Assembly: GCA_004764695.1 (NCBI GenBank)
Contig: SMSO01000005.1
Coordinates: 806,001-870,000, forward strand
Direction of reading: 5' to 3'
Source of the DNA: Schizochytrium sp. TIO01
Taxonomy: Eukaryota; Protista; Bigyra: Labyrinthulomycetes
DNA: 64,000 nucleotides
Shown one piece after another: positions 34,140 to 44,729 of this stretch. Position 1 is the stretch's first letter; the number at the start of each line of letters is the position of its first letter. The notes beneath the pieces were generated by a model. That model ran no database searches, was not told where the DNA came from, and worked only from the letters and a program-made list of their open reading frames with translations. Made by a program: the position numbers and the translations under genes.

Positions 34140-35160
34140 CCCAGTGCCATGCATGACCGTGTCAGCCTTCGCTCCAACCCTGCCGCGTGGCATTTCAATG
34201 GCTGTGCGTTTTGTGAAGTTGTGATCCTTGTGACTTAAGTTAGGGCGCGACTGTTAATGGCGCTTTTCTACAGCGGATTGAACCAACCCAATCGCGCTTT
34301 CTTTCGTTCAAGGCTGTTGGTACGGTGCGCTAGCGGCCGCCTAATGACCCGTACCGAATTCGCCAACAGCATGGAATTGGCTCGTGCAAACGTGGGGAAC
34401 CCGTTAGTCACCGTTTAGTGTAAATAATAGTAGTTGGCGTGAGGTCACTGGAGACTCGATCTTTCTGAGTCACTCATTTGTCCATTCAGCGCCCCTTTGA
34501 GAGGGTTCTCGTTTCTCGCAGGCAGTCGGTTACCTTGCGTCATCAAGACCATTACAACCATCACAAACTCACAATCACCGGCGACTCTTTACAATCATGG
34601 AGCCACTGACTGACTGGAGTGACCGGGTGACTTCGATCCGGAATCCCGGTGTCTATCTTCATGCGCTCCAGTGCCAGTGGGATTTACCGCCGCACTCAGG
34701 TCCCAATAATGAGTTGCGCTCGGTCCCTCCACTCCTATCAGAAACCTTATTCAGCTAAGCGACTCTTGGTACTGTTAACCAGGACCGTACTCACGTGAGG
34801 CGGATAACCTACTTGTAGAGACGCTCAAAGTGGAGTATATGTTTATAGTTGACTTGATATGGATTATAACCTAGTTGAATATCTGCCGTAAGTGAGCTAT
34901 AGGCTTGCCTCCACTCGATGCGGCACTAGTGGCCTTAGCAGTCCCTTAACTCCTTCTTTCAATTGAGCAATATGGAGAAGAACCCCAGAATTCGCCTTCA
35001 AGGCGGGGTCGAAGTTGCCGACTCCCTCTTCCCATCACAAGTCGGGGCCTCACGTGACACTGATCTGTGTCGCTGACTAGCCATGTCGCTCCACCGAAGA
35101 CCGTTGAGAATTTGCAACCCGTTGCTAGCTCCTCCTGTTTAAATCCAAATGGCACACCAA
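34140..35160 (+). ncRNA. Putative large structured non-coding RNA (identity unknown; telomerase-RNA candidate)
   Basis: No credible ORF. Dense run of hairpins and long-range helices, e.g. 34313-20/34363-70, 34603-27/34645-80, 34791-800/35048-57, 34799-806/34880-87. Most wobble pairs read G-U on the + strand, but a few favour the minus strand. Confidence 0.5.
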
Positions 35161-35802
35161 ATAAATACCTCGACTCCCCAATGATGTGATGTGATTGATA
35201 CGAGCGCCTACCTACTAGTACTGATGTATGGCGTAGCTAAGCACTCTTAACAGAGCCTATTCATCACCTAGCTAGCTCACCACTGCCGACCTCCCTTTTC
35301 AAGCAAGAAAAGCTCAATTAATTAATACGTAGGCAGGCAGGCACCTAGGGGTTATCTAGGCCGCAGTAGAGCAGTCAGCGCAGCTGGAACAACTAGAACA
35401 TAGCGAACCAAGCGAAACAAGTGGGTTATACGGCACGTCCACTATAGGCTAATTGGAGCGATACAATAGACAATCGTCTTCTCGCATACTAGGTAAACAA
35501 CGAGCGAATGAAGAAATGAATGAACGAACGTACTCCTATGCTGGAGTATCTAACTACTATCCGTCGCTACCAAGCAACAGAGCCAAGGCAATGCGCTATA
35601 TAGAGTAGCGGTGGGTAGGTGAGTACTAGTGCCCATGTAAACGATGTAATATTGAGGCAGTATATAGAAATGCTAAGCAGAGGAAAGAATGGGAAGAGAA
35701 TAAGGCGGAGAAAGAAAAGAGAGAAAGAGAGGGAAAGAAAGGGAGGAGAGCAGCAGAGCCGAGCGTGAAGAGCGTAAGCGAGCAGCGCCAAGAGACGCAA
35801 CC

Positions 35803-36260
35803 ATGGCCAAGGTACGTGAGGTATAGGGAGAAATTGTGAGCGCTGCGTCCGCGTGGGCCCCTGAATGGTCAGGCAGCGGTCTAGTGGTAAGATGCACAGG
35901 ACGGGATGAGACTGACGACAATGGTGTGGCCACTGCTTCTTTGTTTGGTTTTACTGCTGCTGCTGCTTTTCTTTTGGTATGCGCTGTGTGGTGGACTCTA
36001 CGTTGATCTCAATCTGCGTTCATCTGTGGCGGGCTCTGCGTTGGGTTTCCTCTCGACTGTGGAATGTGAAATTTGCGAGTGCACAGGGACGGCGGATTCT
36101 GATCAAAATGGCCAGCACGGCCGGCACGGGCTTCTATTACACCACCGCGAAGAACCCAACAAACGCACCGCAGAAGCTCGTGCTCAAGAAGTACGACCCT
36201 ATTGTGCGCCGCCACGTCTTGTTCACTGAGACCAAGCTCCCCAGCGGTAAGAAGCGATAA
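35803..36260 (+). CDS. MRPL33: Mitochondrial ribosomal protein bL33 (2 exons, 60 aa)
   Basis: Exon 1 35803-35811 (MAK), intron 35812-36086 (GTACGT...GCACAG), exon 2 36087-36260. Product [27 protein letters not shown]...[21 protein letters not shown] is a typical zinc-free L33. Confidence 0.95.
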
Positions 36261-36676
36261 GTATACATTTTTCACCCTTTCTTTACATAACTTCGACAAT
36301 TTGTTTCGTTTCTTTTTCCTTAGCAGCGTCGTCAAAAGCTTGGCAAGCTTCGTGATCCTAGCTATCTCCTCTAAACTGGCAGCAAGAAGAAACACTCTGT
36401 TCTGCCTGGGATCATGCACATAAGTTGGTAGACTTTAAATTGGTTTGAGGTTTACTGTGACTATGACTAAATTTAAGATCGCTGCTGTCTTGTTTGAAAG
36501 GACATTCATGCCTAATCCCTTCCCAGGGAGGAGGTTTGCTTGGAACTTTTATTCTTGGTTTTATGTGGAGCTCATGACTAATACTACTACTACTATTTCT
36601 CCCTCTCGTCCCCTGTTTTTAGGTGTTGTCAAAACCAGCATCGATCGAGAGTGTGACCATCATTTGTCCTGCTCCT

Positions 36677-39658
36677 TCATGTGGAAGATGACATGGACTT
36701 GTTACGCATTCGCAGTACAGCAGAAAGTTCACCCATTAAGCCTCCAGCAACAGCAGCAGCTGCTGGAGGTGCCCCACGAGGGAGTTTGTTAGGTGTTTGA
36801 AATGGAGGAGCATGTGAGACTTTCTTGTCAGGAGTTATGGGATCATTTTTGTCTGATGTCGCTGACTTCTGAGCACATTGCTTGATGAGCTGGGATACAG
36901 CTGATCCTCTACGTTGCCTAGGCGACCTTGCCTGTTTGGAATCCTCGCTTTGTTTGACCTCTACCTCATCACCACTATCATCGTCATGAAAAGCCTTAAG
37001 CTCACGTGCGATCTTCACTAAAGTGAGCTGCGGGTTGCCATGAGATGAAGACGCTGAGCGTGTGTCAACATCTGTATTTGGTTGTTGCTGACCTTCATCT
37101 GCCGTTGTTCTATCTGTTCCAATCACAGATGCCTTGCGCCGTAACTCGCTAAAAAAGTCTTGTGGCATAACTGCCTTGCGAGGGGCGGGGGGTGGTGCTG
37201 CCGAAGTCTTTTTCTGCAAGGCCGCATTTAGAGCTTCCTGTAAAGGGGGAATAATAGGTAATGGAGACGTGCTTCTGCGTAGGGTTCGAACAGGCGCTTG
37301 CTCTTGAGATGTGCTTTCCTCTTGTTTAGATCGTGGACAGTTCTCAGAATTCGCCGACGACGTAGAAGTTACAGGAGCGTCATACGCTGGGTTTCTTTGG
37401 TGTGCCTTTGGTAAAGACCCTGCCTCCAATTTCTTGATCATATCTTGTAATGTATTAAGAACTCCGTCACGCCAAGCAGCCTTCTTGCCATCACCATCAG
37501 CACCAAATTCCAAAGGTAGGCAAGCATAGACCGCGCGAACCTCCCGCAAGTCAAGTCCTTGGGTTGAAAATGTACCGCAAAGGTCTGCAATGTGCATTCG
37601 TGCAATCTCCTCTTGCTCCATGTGAATTAGACGAAGCGCTTTACGCTGGAAGACACGTTTAGCCAATGCAGCAGGGAGTTTAAATACTTCACGAAGGTCA
37701 CTCATGGCTGTGCCTTGCGCAATACATGGCGGGAAGATAGCTCGAAGCTCTTCTAAGGCTTCGTTATTCGCAGTAATATTGTTATCTTCCCACTCTTGCT
37801 TGAGCCTAGCTTCGCGCTCTTTATAGTCTTTGTGATTTCGAACAATTTTGTCTAGCATCTCAAATTTGTCAGAAGCAGCTGCTGACTCGCTCGGGTCCTC
37901 ACTCATCATCTGTGGAATCAGATCTTTCATTTTAAGCTCAGCATCCTCCAAGGTGCCATCCCAATCAAGATCCTCCATGTCTCCAAGGTCTAGAGCGTCT
38001 TCAAGTGCTTTCAACTTTGTTAGGACGATCTCATGCTCCTCAAGCGTAACATATCCACTTGGTGCTTCGCCTTTAGTAGCTCGCTTTCCAGGAGATGATG
38101 GCAATGTACCTTTGGCTGTTTTGTTGTCACGATTTTGTTCAAAGCTACTGTGACTAGATTGACTGCTCCTATCGCTATCACTTGAGTATTCTTCAGATTC
38201 ACTGGCTACTTCTGGTTCTAAGGAAATCCCAAGTTTCTTGCTCGAATCGTTGTGCTCCTTTGCGGCTGTGGCAACTGCCTTACGAACGGTTTCAAGTTCG
38301 CATTGACGAATCGGAGCCTTAAAGGTCACACTGTGGCGGTTTGACCCGCTTGCGTGTAGTCTTGCCAGAACACCAGGCCACCCAACACCATGTTGGACTA
38401 CATCCGCAAAAAGGCTAATAAACTCAAGAATCTCAAGCTGGGCTACCTTTCGTCTTCTTTGGTTTCGGCAAATGTCACGGAATAGAGAAAAGGTAGACTC
38501 TTCTTGCATAAAGTTTTCTGCACAGTACGAATTATTACTGGAAGATTTTTTACAATTTCCCATTCTTCCTTCATTTGTTCTGGAATTTTCTGCAAGCAAA
38601 AGTCGCTTACGGGCAGAGAATGTAAGGTTACGTTGTGAGTTCCCTTGGAGACTTTGTTTTGATTGCCGTGCCTTATATGAACGCAAGAATCGCCTAGGAA
38701 AAAGAAACCGGTCAAGCAGTGGAACTAAATTCTGGGGAGTAGAAGTTTTTGTGAAGAGGTCACTTTTCACAAATATTCTTGTAAGACACTCTGTAAACCC
38801 AGGTAGGTCCAGTACACGTGTGAACACTTGACTTTGCTGCCCCAAGTTGCATAAGCAATCCTCCCATGTGAATTCTTGTAGGGTCTCGTAAAAGGCATCC
38901 TGTAAAGACACCTGCGAGACATATTCAGGAAAAATGTCAAGATCCTTGAGCATGCGTCGAAAGTTCTTTAGTGTCAAGTCTCCTCGTGGAGCATAATTTG
39001 AAAACAAAGCTCCAAGTCCTGGCTTCGTGTCTTTGGAGTTTAGCCAGCGTAAAATTGCTGGCTCAGATAAGCTTACCATATGGAAGCCAATTCGCTTGCG
39101 CGCTGCTAAAGGTAGCAAATGCATATATGTGAACGTTTGGCATGGTTTACTCTCATGCTCATACGTAAGGTGCGCGAGCCGATGTACACAAAATCCGAAA
39201 GCTTCGTATGACAGTGTTGTAGGTTTACATGCCTCCTCTGAATCCTTTTCTTCCACATCAAAATCGTCATCATAGTAACTTTCACAGTCGCCGAATTCGT
39301 CTTCTGTTCGCAACTTCATCTCGTCCTGGTCCGCCCTGAGTTGAAGGCTAACCTTACTGCGGTATGGTCCAGGATTTTGTCGCAGGCGTTGTCTACCAAG
39401 AGCTTGTCGTCTAGCAGCTCGTCGCCTGGCTTGTGCATCTGCCCCACGAGCTTTTGCGTTTGCTTTGGTAACAAAGCACTGCTCTTCAAGGCCAGACTCG
39501 AAGATGCGAATACTCCTCGACTTTGTCACTGTAAGTATACTACAATCTCGTACAAAAAGTAGCCAAGACTGCAACGTTACCGGCGCATAGGCGGCGAATA
39601 TCTCGCTACGCAGTCCGGTAAGTTTGACATCGTGCGATTTGAGAATCCTGTGCTCCAT
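36677..39658 (-). CDS. Hypothetical 993-aa protein with EF-hand-like region, helical domain and Pro-rich/WH2-like tail
   Basis: Intact ORF. LFSNYAPRGDLTLKNFRRMLKDLDIFP...LDLPGFTECL resembles degenerate EF-hands. PPPAP followed by DFFSELRRK and GLMGELSAVLRMRNK resembles WH2 helices. Confidence 0.8.
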   Translation of the reverse strand: MEHRILKSHDVKLTGLRSEIFAAYAPVTLQSWLLFVRDCSILTVTKSRSIRIFESGLEEQCFVTKANAKARGADAQARRRAARRQALGRQRLRQNPGPYRSKVSLQLRADQDEMKLRTEDEFGDCESYYDDDFDVEEKDSEEACKPTTLSYEAFGFCVHRLAHLTYEHESKPCQTFTYMHLLPLAARKRIGFHMVSLSEPAILRWLNSKDTKPGLGALFSNYAPRGDLTLKNFRRMLKDLDIFPEYVSQVSLQDAFYETLQEFTWEDCLCNLGQQSQVFTRVLDLPGFTECLTRIFVKSDLFTKTSTPQNLVPLLDRFLFPRRFLRSYKARQSKQSLQGNSQRNLTFSARKRLLLAENSRTNEGRMGNCKKSSSNNSYCAENFMQEESTFSLFRDICRNQRRRKVAQLEILEFISLFADVVQHGVGWPGVLARLHASGSNRHSVTFKAPIRQCELETVRKAVATAAKEHNDSSKKLGISLEPEVASESEEYSSDSDRSSQSSHSSFEQNRDNKTAKGTLPSSPGKRATKGEAPSGYVTLEEHEIVLTKLKALEDALDLGDMEDLDWDGTLEDAELKMKDLIPQMMSEDPSESAAASDKFEMLDKIVRNHKDYKEREARLKQEWEDNNITANNEALEELRAIFPPCIAQGTAMSDLREVFKLPAALAKRVFQRKALRLIHMEQEEIARMHIADLCGTFSTQGLDLREVRAVYACLPLEFGADGDGKKAAWRDGVLNTLQDMIKKLEAGSLPKAHQRNPAYDAPVTSTSSANSENCPRSKQEESTSQEQAPVRTLRRSTSPLPIIPPLQEALNAALQKKTSAAPPPAPRKAVMPQDFFSELRRKASVIGTDRTTADEGQQQPNTDVDTRSASSSHGNPQLTLVKIARELKAFHDDDSGDEVEVKQSEDSKQARSPRQRRGSAVSQLIKQCAQKSATSDKNDPITPDKKVSHAPPFQTPNKLPRGAPPAAAAVAGGLMGELSAVLRMRNKSMSSST

Positions 39659-41706
39659 TGTCTAGGTTCTTTTAACGAGTTGGGCAAGAACCTGTGCCAG
39701 GCAGTCAACCAAAACCTATTCGATTCGTCTCCGTATGTGGATCAAATTGACGCCAAGGCGTACATAGATGAACTGATATGTGATTGCTTGTTATGGAGCA
39801 GCGAATATGACGCAACTCTGTCGGAAAGCCCCTTTGAGGAGCTGTCTTACGCCCTGTGCTTTTGTCAATGTCCTAATCGAAGAGGCAGTCCAGATATCTG
39901 ACAGTACTAACGTCTACAAAGTCGTAGATGATTTGTTTGGTTTCACTATGAATGAGCAGACGAGGCTACCCGGATACAGAATGTTTACTATCTAAGGTGC
40001 AGATCATCCACTCTCTTTTTCTAATTGCAAAATCGCACCACCTACTACCCCATATGATAAGGAAAAGACTAAGCATATATGCAAAAACACTAGCTACTTT
40101 AATGCGCGTGCTTTGGCTTTTGTGAGAAGTTACATGTTGGTATCCGTTGGATCATTTCGTGCACGATATAGGAAAGGGTCTGAGCTATAGATTGAACATA
40201 GTCCTACTTAGTGAAAACTTCTAGGTATATGCTCTGTGTCAAAAACGTTGAAAAATGGACTATTCTCTTCACGGTAGGCAGTGAAAAGGTAGTAGCTTTG
40301 CACCAGGAAATATTCTTGAGTTTTGAATTTCCAGTCTTGCCACTTTGGTGAGTAATTTGTATCTTTAACTAAAAGATACGAACTTTTGCGCAAACGATAT
40401 CGCGAGAGCATGAAAGGTCTCGTGGCTAGGAATAAGGCTTCTTACAGTACCAGGATTACCTTGCCGTGGTGAAGCTATTGTTTTTTATTAATGAAGAAAA
40501 TCTTTGCGCTGGTGTGCCAATAGAACTATAGCTAAGAACTTCTATCATGGTGAAGCTTTATTTAAGATTCTGGCATCACGATTGTGCAGTTGATTGCGCT
40601 CGCCTCCATATATCCTTTAAGTTTTAATATGTAATAGTACACTGGGTGCATCGTGAAGCCCTTTCTTCTTCTCCACGGAGGCCCAATTCTGGCGACTCTT
40701 TTAGTTTCGTAGCAGGAGCAAAGCATCAAAATTTACTACTCCTGCTTCTCAAATATAACAGGGAGACACGTAGAGATGATTCTTGTGATCATCTCAGATG
40801 TGAAGTCCTGTTCGCTCTATTTCTGAATTTGCACCGAGAATTTTCTTCAGAATATAGCTAAAGCGATTGATACATCATGATCTCTTTTTTCTGACTCGGG
40901 TCTCAAATCATGTAGGGGAGTGAGTTCTGGGCCAGCTTATGCGTGGTAGGACATATCGTCGCCACACTCTGCAAAGCCGTTCACTTCCTTTTCTACGCGT
41001 TTGACTTGACTTAGATACGCACTCGTATTTTAATTAAAACTTTTATAAATTTGTATTTTTATGAATAAATTATAAATAACTTAAAAACTTCTTATTTTTT
41101 TTTTTTTTTTTTTTTTAATTTATAATTTTCAATGAGCGTATGGTTGTGGGTGGTGCACATAATATCATGCAGGAATGCGCGAAAAGAATGCGATAGAGTC
41201 GTTACTAGGAGTCTGTGCTTTATGGAAGCTGTTGTCGAATACGACAATGGCGAATTCGTGTTTTTCACAAACTTTGATGTATGCGTCATGGTCGCCAGCT
41301 CTAAGTCAGTAAAGAGTCAATCTTGTCTTGCCCTGAGGCTTCAACTTCCGTGAATATGCGTGCTACCCGTGAATGCCATGTCGCAAAATTTCTGTATTGG
41401 AGGTCACTTTTTTTTTTGTCAATATAAAAGCGCATTCTACGCAGGACACTCACTCTCAGAGGCTGGCTATGTACTCCTAAAAATCCTTCTTTTTAAGTAG
41501 AAGTCAGAGTAATCAGTAGGGGTAGTATATACTATCTTATCATAAGAATAGTAGTGCTTAGTAGATACTAGTCCCATGGGTTGGCTTTGCCAAAGCAGAA
41601 CTGTAATTGCCAGGGATACTGATACACCACAGAAGAGAACATACCACTGTAATCCACGTCATAACACGTCATAACCCGAGATTGCTTCTGCAATAGCAAC
41701 TTCAAG

Positions 41707-43074
41707 ATGCCTCGAGGCGCAGCTCTTATTGTTGGTGGTACCGGTGTAGCAGCCTTCGAGATAGCTCCGCACTTATGCAACGACTTTGAAGGAGACGAAG
41801 CCTTTGCAAAGGTTGGAGTCTTGTCTCGTAGTGTTTCAAGCGAGACTTATGCAGGAAAATTGAAGCCCGGGCGCAAGATTGTGCCTGTACAAGCCGACTT
41901 GAGCAACCGTGTATCGATTGTTACAAGCCTTCGTGAAGCTGGGCTTACTTCAGATATCGAGTATGTTTTTTGGTTCGCAGACGGCAACAGACCATCCCTA
42001 TTGTTGGATGTAATTGGAGCTCGCCAGTTCCAAGCCACCGCGAGACGCTGGCAGTCAGTCATTCACTGGTTGCTTGCCTGGTGCCCCCAATTCATTCATG
42101 ATAGGTTATATGCAAGCTTGGCCACTGGTGCAGGGGGTGGCTCCGGTGGAAGCACCATTGCTTGGATGGACAATGTGCTTGAGGCTCTGCTGGAGGTAGG
42201 AGCTAATATCAAGGTTGTAATCATGGGCACTGGAGGAAAACATTACGGCATGCACCTTGGCCCGGATTTCATGCCGGAATATTGCATTCCTTATTTGGAA
42301 GACGTGCATCGTGCACCTGCTCCTCTTTCATACTTTGACCAAGAGAAATATCTCGCAGAGCGTGCAAAACGTTACGGTTTTGCCTGGGACGTTGTAAGGC
42401 CCTCATTCATCATTGGCAATACATCAGAAACCAAACCTACAACTCAATCACTAGCTCTTGTTATAGCCATTTACGCTGCAATTATGAAGCACCAAGGAAA
42501 GCCTTTAGTTTTCCCTGGCCCTCCTAGGAATTGGCAAGCTGGTAACCAGTTAACATCCTCACGAAAGATCGCCCACATTTCTGGGTGGCTTGCTACAAAT
42601 GGTTCTTATGCTGGTTTGATAAATGCTTATGCTGATAAGTCTGAAGTATCTGCTAGTAAAAGCAACGCGGCACATCTGGCAAACCAAAAGCCCGGTTTCA
42701 ATGCAGTTTCCTGCCCTGCATTTTGCTGGGCCACTTGCTGGGGCCCACTTGCGCAGTCCTTAGGAATGAAAGCCACTATGCCCGTGGGGCCTCTAGGAAC
42801 GCCTGTACTAGAGCTTCTAGGTGGTTTGCACGCTGCACGGGCTGCATGGCAAGAAATTGTGTCGGAACATAAATTGAGCAACACGCGTTTGGACAATGTC
42901 TTCAGTGCTGACTTTTTTGATAAGAGTTTTAGCATGAACTGGGATTGCGTTTTTTCCACACAAAAGTTAAGCGATGCTGGATATCCTGAGTCACTGCTTC
43001 TAGAACATGCTGATGCGTTATCTGTCTTTCAGGAAGCTTTTGCTGACTTTCGTGCTGCCGGCCTTATCCCATGA
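41707..43074 (+). CDS. Atypical SDR of the PRISE (progesterone 5-beta-reductase/iridoid synthase-like) family
   Basis: ALIVGGTGVAA Rossmann motif, GTGGKHYG (TGxKHY), LSYFDQE (aligns with NFYYxxED), WDVVRPSFIIG, GKPLVFPG. Confidence 0.8.
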   Translation: MPRGAALIVGGTGVAAFEIAPHLCNDFEGDEAFAKVGVLSRSVSSETYAGKLKPGRKIVPVQADLSNRVSIVTSLREAGLTSDIEYVFWFADGNRPSLLLDVIGARQFQATARRWQSVIHWLLAWCPQFIHDRLYASLATGAGGGSGGSTIAWMDNVLEALLEVGANIKVVIMGTGGKHYGMHLGPDFMPEYCIPYLEDVHRAPAPLSYFDQEKYLAERAKRYGFAWDVVRPSFIIGNTSETKPTTQSLALVIAIYAAIMKHQGKPLVFPGPPRNWQAGNQLTSSRKIAHISGWLATNGSYAGLINAYADKSEVSASKSNAAHLANQKPGFNAVSCPAFCWATCWGPLAQSLGMKATMPVGPLGTPVLELLGGLHAARAAWQEIVSEHKLSNTRLDNVFSADFFDKSFSMNWDCVFSTQKLSDAGYPESLLLEHADALSVFQEAFADFRAAGLIP

Positions 43075-44729
43075 GGACCGTTATTAGGTGGATACCTCCG
43101 TTAAAGCTTATAAACAATCTCACTTCTGTCAGTAGTAAATAACGTATATTCGAAACAATTGTTACTGTGTTGATTCTATCCTTGTTTTTGCTTGATTTGT
43201 GATTAGTTTAACTATGCAGTAACGTGGCAAGACGTTAGTTTTCTTAGGACGGTGGTCAGGTTAAACTGACGTGCTGCAGTGTTAATCACCTGCCGTTCCG
43301 TACATCCAAATAAATCTATATACCCAGTCAAGCGTTATGATTTGCTTGGATTGGTCTCACCAACTTGAACAAACGTACTAATATACTAAAGATCATGGGG
43401 GCCGGCATATGATTACTTATACTCAAAATGTGTTAAACTCACAAAAATTAATGGGGCCCAACTGAGGCCGAAAAGGCCCTTTTTATCATGGCTCAGCAAT
43501 CTTTGTTGTCTTGATATATTCTTTATGTTTGATTCGTGAGTAGAAAAGGTCCCACCTGCCTTCTTCTTGTTGGATTAGGATCCAGCCAGCAATTGTTTGA
43601 TTCCACTTATCTTCAAAAGAAAAAAAGAAATAAGAACCACTTAAAAGGCACTAATACTACCGATAGATACAACCTACCCTACTTAAGGTAGGTAACTCAT
43701 TCTAGCTGATTCCAAGAGTGGAACTTTATCCAGACGTTGATGTCATGCTACTCCTGATGCTTGCAACTGAGAGGCCTCCTGTTTCAGTGTCTTTCAGAGA
43801 CGGGCAAAATGTGCGAGTACTCTCTATTCCAATTATTCCAGCTTGCCTCATTTTTAGGCCTGAATTCTATTGGCACCGCATTTGGAACAGTATTCGCCGC
43901 AACTTAATGTTTGTCTCTAAGGATACATGCACAACTTCTTTGTGCGTACCTTATGTGCATGCATTCGTCCAAGCCCGCCATCTCCCCAATTGAACCCAAA
44001 GCCTACGTCGCACATCACGTCTCAACGGCAGCTACAGAAGCAGCTGTACTAGTACCGTATTAGAATAAAAGCAAAACCCGAAGTACCAAGTGTATTCGCA
44101 GAGGAGGACCACCCGGGAAAGCAATTTGGATGCTTTACCAATCCTTTTGCATCGCAACTATGCATGCAGATGTACTCTCCACCAAGCACATCCCATGCCT
44201 AGCCTATGAGTAAGTATCTTCGACTGCTCGCATATGAACTAGATACTAGAACTTGCAACTGCGTCGCACAGAAGTAGGTCCAAGTTGGCGAAGTAACGTT
44301 ATTTATTCCCCAGACGCCTTCTCGTCGAGCTTAAGTGCGACGTCAGTCGTTGGGTGACAGCAGCGGGCTCTGGTTTGTGCCATGATCACCTCCAGCAGCC
44401 AGCTCTTGCATTGGCCGCTCGGGTTTGGTTCTTCTTGCCTCGTCGAAAGAAAGTCGAGCTTTCGCCTTTTTGGCTGACCTTGTTCATAACTCTTTTGTTT
44501 AGTTTTATAACTATGAACAAAGAGAGAAAGTAACATGAGAAGTACCTAGAAGACGGTACTAGCTAATCATCTAGCTGGCTCGTAATGTAACAGATACTAA
44601 GGCGCATCTTGAAAAGGACGGATGCGTACCGATCGCTGGAATGCTTTGCAGATCGTCTCTCGAGCAAATCCTTAACTCCAGCTCGAGCGGCCCGAAGACC
44701 TGCTTTCGCGTGGAGCGCTTGCCCCCAGG

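Noticed and set aside
34236-34246. Minus-strand CCCTAAC as a TTAGGG telomerase template
   Set aside because: Only 7 nt for a 6-nt repeat, near the far end of a minus transcript, and most G-U evidence favours +. Kept only as a fallback.
34140-35160. Group I/II intron, RNase P/MRP or TPP riboswitch identity for the structured region
   Set aside because: No group II domain V, no P7 pair, no matching CR-I/CR-V (P4) pair and no TPP core found by eye; the element does not interrupt a gene.
40500-40570. ATCTTTGCGCT resembling the U4 snRNA 5' end
   Set aside because: No U4 5' stem-loop, U6 stem I pairing region or correctly placed Sm site follows.
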